NCBI GenBank assembly: GCA_965243025.1
Contig: CBDETY010000003.1
Location: 4,288,001 to 4,352,000, forward strand
Origin: Candidatus Latescibacterota bacterium
GTDB taxonomy: Bacteria; Latescibacterota; UBA2968; UBA8231
Direction of reading: 5' to 3'
DNA: 64,000 nt
Shown: one piece after another, positions 9,683 to 18,641 of the stretch
Position numbering within the stretch: the stretch's first letter is position 1
How the letters are laid out: every line of letters begins with the position of its first letter
Made by a program: the position numbers and the translations under genes
The notes under the pieces: model-generated
The model's input: the letters and a program-made list of their open reading frames with translations, nothing else
Databases searched by the model: none
What the model was told of the DNA's origin: nothing

Positions 9683-10748
9683 GCCGTTGCTGTCCCCGGC
9701 GCACCTCGTCCGGCCACCCTTCGGCCGGCAGCGCCGCCAGCCCCTGCTGACGCAGCGGGGCGACGCCGGGGCTGTGGTCCGGCGGGAGCGGGTCGGCCTG
9801 AAGCAGCCCGTTGAGGACCGCCTCCTCGCAGGCTTCGGCGGCGGCGGCGAACAGGGGTGGCAGCCCGGTGTCGGCAAGCGAGCGCATCCCGACGGTGCCG
9901 CCGGGGCCGGGCTCCGCATCGACGAGCCCTGTCGTCGACAGCGCCAGCACCAGGCCTTCCCGGGTCCGCTCCTCCAGCAGCCCCACCCGCACCAGGCCGA
10001 AGGCGGCGCGCCCGGCGAGGTGATCGAGCTGGCGCGGCTCCAGCGGCGCGTCGGTGGCGAGCACCGCGGCGAAGCTCCCGCTGTTCCGGGGCAATGATTC
10101 CCCGCCGCTTCCTGGCAGAATCACGGGCCAGCCGTCCACGGACAGCCTGGACCGGGAGCCGCCGTTGGCGGCGACGAGGGCGCCGACCACGTACTCGCCC
10201 CGGAGGCGGGAAGAGGTTCCCAGGCCGCCGCGAAACCCGAAGGCCGCCAGGCCGGCCCCGACGCCGACCGACCCCTCCCAGGAGGCCGCCCTCCCACCGG
10301 CCGCATCCACAGCCTGGCCGAGGTGCTCCTCGCCCACGGCGGCGCGCGTGGCGGCCGGCGGGTTCACCTCGCTGTCGTTGATCCCGATAACGACCGGCGG
10401 CCAGCCGGCGTCTTCCGAAAGGCCGGGGTCGACGCCGAGACCGCGCTGGATCATGGCGTCGTAGATCCTGCCTGCCACAGGGGCCGGAACGAGGGCGACC
10501 GGGGAGGAGATGGCGCCGAAGTCCTCGGCGACGCCGAGACCGGTCAGGCCGTCCCCCCCATCGAGGCTGTAGCGGCCGACGAAAAGCCGGCGCGCGGCGC
10601 TGCCGGCGACCACGACGGTCACCCCGGTCGCCACTGCCGGGGTCGTTACCGTCGCGTGGCCGACCCGCACTCCGGGGACGTCGGCGATGCTGTTGCCGGG
10701 ACCTGTGGCCGCCGCGCCGATGGCCAGCCCGAGATCGCGCAGTCTCAT
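9669..10748 (-). CDS. DmpA/P1 family peptidase paralog, apparently lacking the Gly-Ser autocleavage site
   Basis: MRLRDLG, GPGNSIADVPGVRVGHAT, EGSVG.GAG, ATDAPL, EACEEAVLN; ATGA overlap with upstream paralog. Confidence 0.8.
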   Translation of the reverse strand: MRLRDLGLAIGAAATGPGNSIADVPGVRVGHATVTTPAVATGVTVVVAGSAARRLFVGRYSLDGGDGLTGLGVAEDFGAISSPVALVPAPVAGRIYDAMIQRGLGVDPGLSEDAGWPPVVIGINDSEVNPPAATRAAVGEEHLGQAVDAAGGRAASWEGSVGVGAGLAAFGFRGGLGTSSRLRGEYVVGALVAANGGSRSRLSVDGWPVILPGSGGESLPRNSGSFAAVLATDAPLEPRQLDHLAGRAAFGLVRVGLLEERTREGLVLALSTTGLVDAEPGPGGTVGMRSLADTGLPPLFAAAAEACEEAVLNGLLQADPLPPDHSPGVAPLRQQGLAALPAEGWPDEVRRGQQRHGRI

Positions 10749-11926
10749 TTCAGGCGGCCGTGCCTGCGCATGACCGCGGCGAGCCGGTCGAGCGGCAGGG
10801 CGTGGATCGTATTGCCGTCGCGGCCCACGGTGGTCGCCGCCGCGGTCAACGAGTTGAGGATCGCCTCCTCCGTCGCCTCGACGACCCCCTGGTAAAGCCC
10901 CGACAGGTGGGAGAAATGAAGCACCCGGCCCCTCTCCGCCGCAGTCGAGAAGGCGATGATGAGATCGCCGCTTCCATGGGTGGAGATCCCGCCGGTGCGC
11001 GCCATGCCGAGGGCCGCCCGCTTGCACAGCCGGCGCAGCTGCAAAGGCAGGAGCGGGGCGTCGGTGGCGACGGCGATCAGCAGCGAGTTCCCCGGGGCCG
11101 CGGGGGGGCCGGGGCCGCGCTCGGGAAGCAGGTCGGGGATCTCGCGCCCCACCGGAACCCCGTCGACACGCAGCTGCGGCCGGCGTCCGTGGTTCGCCTG
11201 CAGGAGCACCCCGACGGTATAGCCGGTCCCGGCCACCGGCACCAGCCGCGAGGCGGTGCCGATCCCGGCCTTGAAGGAGTAGGCCCTCATGCCGGTACCC
11301 CCGCCGACGCACCCTTCCGCCACCGGGCCGGTACGAGCCGACTCGATGGCGGCGACGGCGTGCCCGGGAAGCACGTGGCGGCCCGCGGTGTCGTGCAGGA
11401 AGTCGGCCCAGGTCTCCCCGACCACCGGCTCGGGCCGCCCCGGGTAGCCGAACAGCCCGGGGTCGCCCTGCAGCATCCAGTCGAGGCAGCCTTCGTACAC
11501 CGGGCCGATGCTGCCGGTGTCGGTGAACAGAACCGGCGCCCCCAGGCGGCCGCTGCGGCGCACCGCGCCGACCCCGGTCAGCTCGCCGTTGCCGTTGAGG
11601 GTCAGGTCCGCGGCCGCCACCGGGGTGCGCGCGAGGTCTCCCTGGCGGGCGAGCACCGCGGTGACCCCGGTGCGCACCGGACCGCGGCCGACCACCAGGG
11701 GGCCCTCCCCCGAGATCAGGGTGGCGTGGCCGACGGCGACGCCGGCGACATCGGTTATGGCGTTGTGGGTTCCAGGAGACAGGGAGCCGATGGCGATCCC
11801 GAGGTCGCGCAGGCGGACGCGGCCCGGAGCCAGCAGCGGTTTCCCGCCCGGGAGCGAGCCCGCCGCGGCCAGCGGCAGGGTTGCCAGCGCCGCCCCGGCC
11901 CTGACGAGGAACCTGCGCCGATCCAT
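10745..11926 (-). CDS. DmpA/P1 family (S58) aminopeptidase with Tat signal
   Basis: MDRRRFL Tat motif; NAITDVAGV.VGHATL, LNGNGELTG, EG.VGGGTGM, HGSGD, EATEEAILNSL. Confidence 0.9.
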   Translation of the reverse strand: MDRRRFLVRAGAALATLPLAAAGSLPGGKPLLAPGRVRLRDLGIAIGSLSPGTHNAITDVAGVAVGHATLISGEGPLVVGRGPVRTGVTAVLARQGDLARTPVAAADLTLNGNGELTGVGAVRRSGRLGAPVLFTDTGSIGPVYEGCLDWMLQGDPGLFGYPGRPEPVVGETWADFLHDTAGRHVLPGHAVAAIESARTGPVAEGCVGGGTGMRAYSFKAGIGTASRLVPVAGTGYTVGVLLQANHGRRPQLRVDGVPVGREIPDLLPERGPGPPAAPGNSLLIAVATDAPLLPLQLRRLCKRAALGMARTGGISTHGSGDLIIAFSTAAERGRVLHFSHLSGLYQGVVEATEEAILNSLTAAATTVGRDGNTIHALPLDRLAAVMRRHGRLK

Positions 11927-11935
11927 GGCGGGAGG

Positions 11936-12856
11936 CTAGCCCCTGGCGCGCAGCTCTTCGGCTGCCTTGCAGGCGCGGATGCTGACGCGGCTGCGGTCCT
12001 CCGTCCCCTTCCAGGCGTAGGGGTCGCTGCCGTGCACCATGACGATGTCGCGGTAGTCGGCGCTCGCCGGGCGTTCTCCCTCGCGCACCTGCCAGGGCAG
12101 CAGGGAACGGGCGCTCATGTAGTGGTTGACGAGCACCCTGCGGAAGGAACTGCTGCGGTTGCGCCTGGAGCGGTGCAGCAGGTAACCGTCGAAGAAGACG
12201 ACGTCCCCGGTCTTCGCCTCGACCGGGATCTCGCCGCTGTCGTCGAAGCCGTGCGACTCGCCGGTGCGGTCGAACTCCTCGTCGTCGCCGTGGGCACGCT
12301 GCTCGTAGAGGACCCCCCTGTGCGAGCCGGGCAGCACCCGGATGCAGCCGTTGTCGACGGTGGCGTCGTCGAGGGCGATCCAGCCTCCGGTCAGGCTGTG
12401 GTCCCGCGTCGGAATGAAGAACTCGTCCTGGTGCCAGGCCTGCCCCTGGAATCCGGGGGGCTTGATGAACAGCATCGACTGCATGCACTTGACGTCCGGT
12501 CCGATCAGCCGCGCCAGCACCTTGGCCATGCCGGGGTGCTTGACGCCGGTCTCGAGCAGGACCGGGCTGATCTTGTGGGGATGGTGGATGCACAGGTAAC
12601 GCCCCAGGGCCTCGTCATCGCTGCAGCCGTTGCCGACGGGGGGCAGGTTCTCGTGCCCGTACTCCCCCCGGCAGAGGCGGAGGGCGTCGGCCCGGAGCGC
12701 CTCGACCTCGCCGGCGGCGAGACCGGGAACCACGAGATACCCGTTCTCGCGGTAGGATTCGACGTCGCTGTCCGCTATCCCGGCAACCATGCGTTTACCC
12801 ATTCCCTCCCGGTTTCTTTGAGCTGCGGCTTGCTCGTCAGTGTCTGCGCGCGCCAT
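11936..12856 (-). CDS. Phytanoyl-CoA dioxygenase (PhyH) family Fe(II)/2OG enzyme
   Basis: QSMLFIKPPG..GQAWHQD, WIALDDAT.DNGC..VLPGSH, LLHRS..N; true start may be 12802 or 12790. Confidence 0.9.
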   Translation of the reverse strand: MARADTDEQAAAQRNREGMGKRMVAGIADSDVESYRENGYLVVPGLAAGEVEALRADALRLCRGEYGHENLPPVGNGCSDDEALGRYLCIHHPHKISPVLLETGVKHPGMAKVLARLIGPDVKCMQSMLFIKPPGFQGQAWHQDEFFIPTRDHSLTGGWIALDDATVDNGCIRVLPGSHRGVLYEQRAHGDDEEFDRTGESHGFDDSGEIPVEAKTGDVVFFDGYLLHRSRRNRSSSFRRVLVNHYMSARSLLPWQVREGERPASADYRDIVMVHGSDPYAWKGTEDRSRVSIRACKAAEELRARG

Positions 12857-12884
12857 TCCGTGCGGATTGGGCCGCCTGTGAATA

Positions 12885-12985
12885 CCGGTCCGCGGCCCTG
12901 CCTTCGCTCGCCGTTCACTTCCCGCTGCGACCCCGGTACGACTCGTTCAGGGGTGCCTTGGGAACGGGTGCGCCATCGGCACCTT
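12885..12985. repeat. Degenerate copy of the ERIC-like MITE family
   Basis: gccttcgctcgccgt...ccccggtacgactcgttcagg..gccttg matches the 35 kb core, with a short internal insertion. Confidence 0.7.
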
Positions 12986-12996
12986 CGTCCGTGCGC

Positions 12997-14106
12997 TTAC
13001 CCGCCCGAGCCGGCACCGGCTGCGGCGCCGGCGATCTCCCGTCCCATGTCCCCGGTCGTCATCACGCCCCCTATGTCGGGAGTCCCGGCTTTCGGATCGG
13101 CCAGCACCTCCTCCACGGCGCCGTCGACTCGTTCTGCCGCGGCAAGCGCCTGCCCGTCCCGGTGCCGGTGGCCGAGCCAGCGCAGCATCATGGCCGCCGA
13201 CAGGATCGTCGCAACCGGGTTGGCCACCCCCTGTCCGGCGATGTCGGGAGCGGTTCCGTGGGAAGGCTGAAAAACCGCGGCCTCCTCGCCGATGTCCCCC
13301 GAGGGGGCCATGCCCATGCCGCCGACGAGCCCCGCGGCGAGGTCGGAGAGAATGTCTCCATACATGTTCTCCATCACCAGCACGTCGAAATCCCGGGGCC
13401 GCTGCAGCAGGTGCAGCGCCATGGCGTCGACGTAGGCGTGGCCGCTGTCGACGTCGGAGTAGCGGGCGGCCACCTCGTCGAAGACGCGGCGGAAGAACGC
13501 CATCGACCTCAGGATGTTGGCCTTGTCGACGCAGGTCACGCAGGCGGCCCGCTGACGCAAAGCCCCGTTGCCGCGCTCCCGCCGGCGCTCCCGGGCCAGC
13601 TCGAAGGCGTAGCGCGCCACCCGTTCCGTGCCGGTGCGGGTGATAACCATGCTGTCGACGGCGGTTTCTCCGCGCAGGTCGATCCCGGCGTCCATCGAAG
13701 CGAACAGCCCCTCGACGTTCTCGCGCAGGAGGACGAAATCGATCTCCCCGGCAGCGAGGCCGCGCAGCGGCGTGTGGTGGGCGGCGTACAGGTAGATCGG
13801 CCGCACCCCGGCGTAGAGATCGAGCTTGAAGCGCAGGTCGACCTGCGGACGCATCTCGGTCCCGTCCGGCCAGCGTATCCGCGGGTCGCCCATGGCGCCG
13901 AGCAGGGTGGCGTCGGCGCCGCGGCACCCCTCCAGGGTCTCGTCCGGAAGCGGGGTCCCGCGTTCGAGGTAGCAGCCCGCCCCGCAGGGGTACTCGCGCA
14001 GCTCGAGATCGAGGCCGAGTCCTTCGAGCACTCCCAGCGCCGCACCGACAACCTCGGGGCCGATGCCGTCCCCGGGCAGAACGGCGATTTGGTAGGAGCG
14101 GCCCAT
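12997..14106 (-). CDS. Isocitrate/isopropylmalate/tartrate family beta-decarboxylating dehydrogenase
   Basis: IAVLPGDGIGPEV, RENVEG, VDKANIL, ENMYGDILSDL, PSHGTAPDIAG..VANP. Confidence 0.9.
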   Translation of the reverse strand: MGRSYQIAVLPGDGIGPEVVGAALGVLEGLGLDLELREYPCGAGCYLERGTPLPDETLEGCRGADATLLGAMGDPRIRWPDGTEMRPQVDLRFKLDLYAGVRPIYLYAAHHTPLRGLAAGEIDFVLLRENVEGLFASMDAGIDLRGETAVDSMVITRTGTERVARYAFELARERRRERGNGALRQRAACVTCVDKANILRSMAFFRRVFDEVAARYSDVDSGHAYVDAMALHLLQRPRDFDVLVMENMYGDILSDLAAGLVGGMGMAPSGDIGEEAAVFQPSHGTAPDIAGQGVANPVATILSAAMMLRWLGHRHRDGQALAAAERVDGAVEEVLADPKAGTPDIGGVMTTGDMGREIAGAAAGAGSGG

Positions 14107-15365
14107 CAACTCCACAGGCGGTCGCTGGCCCGTTCGCTGTCCCACTCGTCCGTGGGCTCGAAGATCCCGGGGGACCCGGGGTCGGCGAACTCCCGCAGGA
14201 CCTCTCGGTTCAGGTCCGCGAACCCCAGGCCCGGCCCTTCCGGCACCGCGATGTGCCCGTCCTCGATCAGCGGACTCGGCAGCCCCTCGACGAGACTGCT
14301 CCAGCGCTCGAGGTCGTCGACCGAGTGGTTCTCGAGGGCGAGGAAGTTCTCCGTTGCCGCGGCGCAGTGGACGGCGGCCAGGGCGGCCACCGGAGACATC
14401 GCCATGTGCAGTGCCATTGCGATGCCGTTTTCCTGGGCGGCATCGCCGATCCTCTTGGTCTCCAGGATGCCGCCGGAGGTGGCCGGGTCGGGGTGGGCGA
14501 CGGCGATCGCCCGCTCCCGGAACAGGTCGGCGAACCCCTCCTTCAGGTAGATGTCCTCGCCGGTGCAGACCGGCGTCCCGACCGCCTCCGACAGGCGCGC
14601 GTACTGGTCGGTGAACTGCCAGGGTATCATGTCCTCGTACCAGGCCAGGGAGAACTGGTCGAGCGCCTTTCCGAGGCGGATGCAGGACTCCAGGCCGAGG
14701 TGGCCGAAGTGGTCGGCGGCGAGAGGAACCTCGTAGCCGGTCTCCTCGCGCACCTCGGCGACGTACTCGCAGAGCAGGCCGATCCCCCTGTCGCTCAGCT
14801 GGATGCCGGTGAAGGGGTGCATCACGGCGCCGCTGTCCAGCATTCCCGGGGGTGCGATGACGCAGTCCGGCCGGCCGCGGAGCAGGCCGATCCCGACGTC
14901 CATCTTCAGGAAGCGGAACCCCATCTCCATGCGCTGCTTCAGCCGTTTCCCCATCTCGCGGCCGCTGGCGGTGGTCGGGGTGTCGCAGTAGCAGAGCACG
15001 CGGTCGCGGAACCTGCCCCCGGCCAGGGCGTACGCCGGCGCTCCGTACGCCTTGCCGGCGAGGTCCATCAGCGCCATCTCCACGGCGCTGACCCCGCCTC
15101 CCTGCCTGCCGTGATGGCCGAACTGCCTGATGCGGCGGAACAGCCGGTCGACGTCGCAGGGATTCTCACCGAGCAGGCGGGACTTGAGCATCAGGGCGTA
15201 GGTAGCGCTGGCGCCGTCGCGCACCTCGCCGTAGCCGCTCACCTCCTGGTTCGTGTCGATGCGGATCAGGCAGCTGTGGAACGGGGCCCCGAGCAGACGC
15301 GCGACCCGCAGGTCGGTTATCGCCAGGGCCGACGGACGGGAGTGCTGCCGGAGATTCTCCTGCAT
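14106..15365 (-). CDS. Mandelate racemase/muconate lactonizing (enolase superfamily) enzyme
   Basis: ITDLR, G.GEVRDG, SAVEMAL.DL.GK, KMD, W.ED, TGED, SGGILE motifs. Confidence 0.9.
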   Translation of the reverse strand: MQENLRQHSRPSALAITDLRVARLLGAPFHSCLIRIDTNQEVSGYGEVRDGASATYALMLKSRLLGENPCDVDRLFRRIRQFGHHGRQGGGVSAVEMALMDLAGKAYGAPAYALAGGRFRDRVLCYCDTPTTASGREMGKRLKQRMEMGFRFLKMDVGIGLLRGRPDCVIAPPGMLDSGAVMHPFTGIQLSDRGIGLLCEYVAEVREETGYEVPLAADHFGHLGLESCIRLGKALDQFSLAWYEDMIPWQFTDQYARLSEAVGTPVCTGEDIYLKEGFADLFRERAIAVAHPDPATSGGILETKRIGDAAQENGIAMALHMAMSPVAALAAVHCAAATENFLALENHSVDDLERWSSLVEGLPSPLIEDGHIAVPEGPGLGFADLNREVLREFADPGSPGIFEPTDEWDSERASDRLWS

Positions 15366-15398
15366 GGGTGCTTTTCTTTCGATGACCGGAAGCCGTTC

Positions 15399-15427
15399 AG
15401 GGTAAACCGGACCCGGCAGGGCGTCAA
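15399..15427 (-). promoter_or_regulatory. Putative sigma70 promoter for the catabolic operon
   Basis: TTGACG-17bp-TACCCT on minus strand, about 35 bp upstream of the 15365 start. Confidence 0.5.
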
Positions 15428-15545
15428 CAAGGTTCCGCTCCCAAGGCCGGTAGAGTCATAGGCTTTCTGAACTGTTGAAATCCGATCCCCGATCGGCCGG
15501 AAGGGTCAGCCAGGCAGGGTCGCCTGCGGTCCGGCCGGGTGCCGA

Positions 15546-16694
15546 TCAGCCGGGATCGATCTGCCTGTGGAACTGCCCGACCCCGTCCCTGATGGTCATG
15601 ATGACCACGCTTTTTGCCGGGTGCCGGTTCTGGTCGTAACCAGCAATGCGGGTTGCGCCGGCATAGTTCACTGTCGCCGCGAGCTGATCCCGGACAGCCC
15701 CGGGCTCGAGGCTGCCGGCGCGCTCGATCGCTTCGAGAAGCAACCTTGCCGCATCGTAGCTCACCGCATCCCCGCCGCTGGGCGCGGCGTCATACAGCGA
15801 TCGATACTTGTCGATGAACCGGCGCGCACCCGGCTCATCGGTGTCCGGCGAAAAGTGGGTGGTGAAATAGCTGCCTTCCAGCTCGGCGGTCTCGTCGCCC
15901 AGCAGGTTCGGGTTGTCCCACGAGTCGGCCCCGAGGAAGAGCGCCGGTTCGCCCGCGGCGTTCTGCAGCGGCAGCGACCTCGCCTGCCGGGTCACCAGTG
16001 CGATCTCCAGGGCGAACCCGGAAATGAAGAGCGCCTCGGGCCGCGCCTCCGCGATGCGGTCCAGCGGCCCGGAGAAATCCGTCTCGTCGCTGTCGTAGAA
16101 CTCGTCGGCGACGACCTCGCCGCCCGAGGCGGTGAAGACGGACCGGAAGAACCCCGATATCCCCTCGGTGTAGACCTCGCCGCTTCGGGTCAGCACCGCA
16201 ACCCTGGCCAGGCCCAGCTCTTCCCTGGCGAACTGCGCCATCACCTGCCCCTGGAACATGTCGGTGAAAGCCGCCATGAAGACGAAATCCCCCGCTTTCG
16301 TCACCTCGGGGTTGGTCGCCGACGTGGTCACCATCGGCAGGCCGTGCCGCTGCGCGAGCTCTGCAACGGCAATGGCATGGGAGGAGCGGTTGGGGCCGAC
16401 GAGAGCGACGACTTCGTCCTCGACAATCATCCTCTCGGCAGTCTCGACCGACACTGAGGCTTCCTCAATTTCGCTGCGGGAAACCAGCTCGACCGGCATA
16501 CCGAGAACGCCCCCGCGCTCGTTTGCCTCGGCTACCGCTATCCCCGCGGCGTCCACGTAGGTCACGCGGTCCCCGGCGGCGAGAAAACCGATCCTGACGG
16601 TTTCCGCCAGCCCCGGCGCAGCCGGGTCCTCGCCGCCACAGCCTGCGAGGGTCAGTGCGAGGAGAGGAAACAGTATCAACAGGGATTTGGACAT
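15546..16694 (-). CDS. Branched-chain amino acid ABC-type substrate-binding lipoprotein
   Basis: Lipobox LAGC; GGVLG.PVEL, SATNP.VT..GDFVF, GADSWD, YDA..LL; no permease nearby. Confidence 0.85.
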   Translation of the reverse strand: MSKSLLILFPLLALTLAGCGGEDPAAPGLAETVRIGFLAAGDRVTYVDAAGIAVAEANERGGVLGMPVELVSRSEIEEASVSVETAERMIVEDEVVALVGPNRSSHAIAVAELAQRHGLPMVTTSATNPEVTKAGDFVFMAAFTDMFQGQVMAQFAREELGLARVAVLTRSGEVYTEGISGFFRSVFTASGGEVVADEFYDSDETDFSGPLDRIAEARPEALFISGFALEIALVTRQARSLPLQNAAGEPALFLGADSWDNPNLLGDETAELEGSYFTTHFSPDTDEPGARRFIDKYRSLYDAAPSGGDAVSYDAARLLLEAIERAGSLEPGAVRDQLAATVNYAGATRIAGYDQNRHPAKSVVIMTIRDGVGQFHRQIDPG

Positions 16695-16833
16695 CCTGGT
16701 GGGTCGCGGAACCGACCGCCAGTGGAACCATTTTCCCTTGTCGCCCCTGCTGCAGTTAGGGAAAACTTTGGAAAACCCTTCGTTGAAGGACGAGGGATTT
16801 CCCGGACCGCCCAGGGAAACCAAATCCTCAGGA

Positions 16834-17166
16834 TCATTTTTCACGGGAACACACCTTCAGCCGTCGGTCACCGAAGAACCACCGATTCCCGGCCAGCGAC
16901 GCAATCGCGTCGATCTGAGTCCAGTCTCCGACTAAATAGTCAGGACCTCCAATAAGCTGTTTTTCGCCGAGCCATCCGAACACCATTCGGAGGTCGGTTT
17001 TTTGCAGAGTCCGTTCCAGCCAATCCTCCCGAACGAGCAAGGCTTTATTTACATCTTCTTCAAAGTAGCGAGCCACTGACTCGAATTCCTCGGGGCATTT
17101 TTCTCCAACTTCCGGAAAACGAACCAACTCAATCACTATAGCCGTCCTGAGCTTGACGCTCCCCAA
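16834..17166 (-). other. Low-GC hypothetical ORF or gene fragment
   Basis: 110-codon ORF in AT-richer DNA overlapping the HEPN 3' end; no recognisable motif. Confidence 0.3.
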
Positions 17167-17566
17167 GGTCTGGGGAAAACCGGTCCGTCGCCCATTGGAT
17201 TACAGCTTCAGCAATTTCTATCGCATCTCGATAGTCCTGTTCGGTCACAGGCTGTTCAACGCTTGGATAGCGTATGTCCACAGCATATAGGGTGAGCCTC
17301 GACGCGCGGCGAACTTCATCCGGGACATTCTCTCCATTTTCTTCGAGTATCGACAGCAAAAGGGCCAAGTTGTGCACATAGGGGAAGTCGATATTGCGCG
17401 AGATCATCACGGCTTTGATCGCTTTCTCGGCCGCCTGCTGCGCTCCGAAGCACAGGTCTTCCAAGTAGGCATCAGGAACGCGATTCCTCGCCATCGCGAA
17501 ACTGCTTCTGGCGCGGTTCAGCCATTCGCGTGGATCATCCGGCGGAAAACGTTCAGGCGGATTCAT
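17129..17566 (-). CDS. HEPN domain protein (MNT-HEPN pair)
   Basis: EWLNRA, AQQAAEKAIKA, HNL..LL, IRYP, A..VI.W motifs; overlaps MNT stop. Confidence 0.9.
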   Translation of the reverse strand: MNPPERFPPDDPREWLNRARSSFAMARNRVPDAYLEDLCFGAQQAAEKAIKAVMISRNIDFPYVHNLALLLSILEENGENVPDEVRRASRLTLYAVDIRYPSVEQPVTEQDYRDAIEIAEAVIQWATDRFSPDLGERQAQDGYSD

Positions 17567-17876
17567 ACACCACTCTTCCTTCTTGCAGTGCCGGCTTTAT
17601 GACCAACGCATGGCTATCCTTGTAGCGTTCTACATCCGTCGGCGAGACCAGAATCGCATCAACCGCGACGCGCACACCGTACATGCTCTCGTAAATCCTG
17701 GCCCTGAGGTTCGCGTCGCCCCCCTCCTTGATGATGAGAAGATCTACGTCGCTGTTATTCGTCATGTCCCCTCGGGCGGCGGATCCGAAAAGGACAATTT
17801 GCTCTGGCTGCGCCACCTCCACGATGCGCCGGATGATTTCATCCAGGGTCTTCTGATCAAGAGCTTCTCTTTTCAC
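17553..17876 (-). CDS. Minimal nucleotidyltransferase (MNT) antitoxin
   Basis: IVLFGSAARG...SDVDLLII, EGRVVYE; GTG start with GGGAG RBS. Confidence 0.9.
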   Translation of the reverse strand: MKREALDQKTLDEIIRRIVEVAQPEQIVLFGSAARGDMTNNSDVDLLIIKEGGDANLRARIYESMYGVRVAVDAILVSPTDVERYKDSHALVIKPALQEGRVVYESA

Positions 17877-18100
17877 TGATTTCTCCCGGCTCGAATGGAG
17901 TTGCCTCTGCCTCGGGGCTTTCCTAAAAGTACTATTGGAGAGTTCGCGACCAACTCGACCCAGGAGGTCAAGCCGAGATCCAGACAAAGGGACCCCCCTT
18001 GTCGGAAATAGCCGGAATCTCACCCCCACGCCGTGCCAGCGGCCAAGCGGTCAGAAGGTTGGGGAATCTCGAGCCTTACGACGTGTGAACGACTTGCAGA

Positions 18101-18137
18101 TAAGATAAAGCCCCCGAGGGGCATCCCCTCGGGGGCT
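18101..18137 (-). terminator. Intrinsic terminator downstream of tRNA-Lys
   Basis: Perfect 13-bp stem AGCCCCCGAGGGG/CCCCTCGGGGGCT followed by a T-rich tract on the minus strand. Confidence 0.75.
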
Positions 18138-18175
18138 GGTTGGCGGACAGACCGCCTGGCCGGCGGCTGGGATAT

Positions 18176-18251
18176 TGGTGCGCCCACAGGGACTCGAACC
18201 CCGGACCCGCTGATTAAGAGTCAGCCGCTCTACCAACTGAGCTATAGGCGC
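18176..18251 (-). tRNA. tRNA-Lys(CTT)
   Basis: GCGCCTATAGCTCAGTTGGTAGAGCGGCTGACTCTTAATCAGCGGGTCCGGGGTTCGAGTCCCTGTGGGCGCACCA; 76 nt, encoded CCA. Confidence 0.97.
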
Positions 18252-18340
18252 TGCCCCCAATGTGAGTCTGGGAGACTTGCGTTCGCACTCGCCTTCCGCA
18301 CGATCAGAACAGTTTGCGGACCGGCAATCGGGAAGCGCCG

Positions 18341-18369
18341 AAGATAGAACCCGCCCTGTGCACTGTCAA
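18341..18369 (-). promoter_or_regulatory. sigma70 promoter of tRNA-Lys
   Basis: TTGACA-17bp-TATCTT followed by a GC-rich discriminator. Confidence 0.7.
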
Positions 18370-18418
18370 CGAATCCAGGTCCCCTTCACGCGCCCCGGAT
18401 CCGCCTCCGGCAACCTCC

Positions 18419-18447
18419 TTGACAGCCCTCAGCGCGCCGTCTAGTGT
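18419..18447 (+). promoter_or_regulatory. sigma70 promoter of the TPR-efp-accBC operon (divergent from tRNA promoter)
   Basis: TTGACA-17bp-TAGTGT. Confidence 0.65.
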
Positions 18448-18641
18448 CCTGTCGCTGAAACAGATGGGCGTAATCCAGCCGGCCGGTGCCGTTGGGATTT
18501 CTCATCCGGGGGCCTCGGTTCAAGATGGTGCGGGAAGGCGGGAGGCACCGGCTTGGAAGGCCGGGCATATGGAGGCAGGAGACGGGTGGCGGCGGCGGTC
18601 CCTGGGCGGCCGCTTCAAACGCGCTGAAATGAAGGCTCACC

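Noticed and set aside
9669-12593. 974-aa ORF, and similarly over-extended ORFs (31422-35024, 26035-28632, 55495-58053, 59823-61142)
   Set aside because: N-terminal parts are Arg/Pro/Gly-rich off-frame read-through of neighbouring genes; real starts were reassigned downstream
12997-14106. leuB assignment
   Set aside because: No leu gene context; the family includes tartrate, D-malate and other dehydrogenases, so substrate cannot be determined by eye
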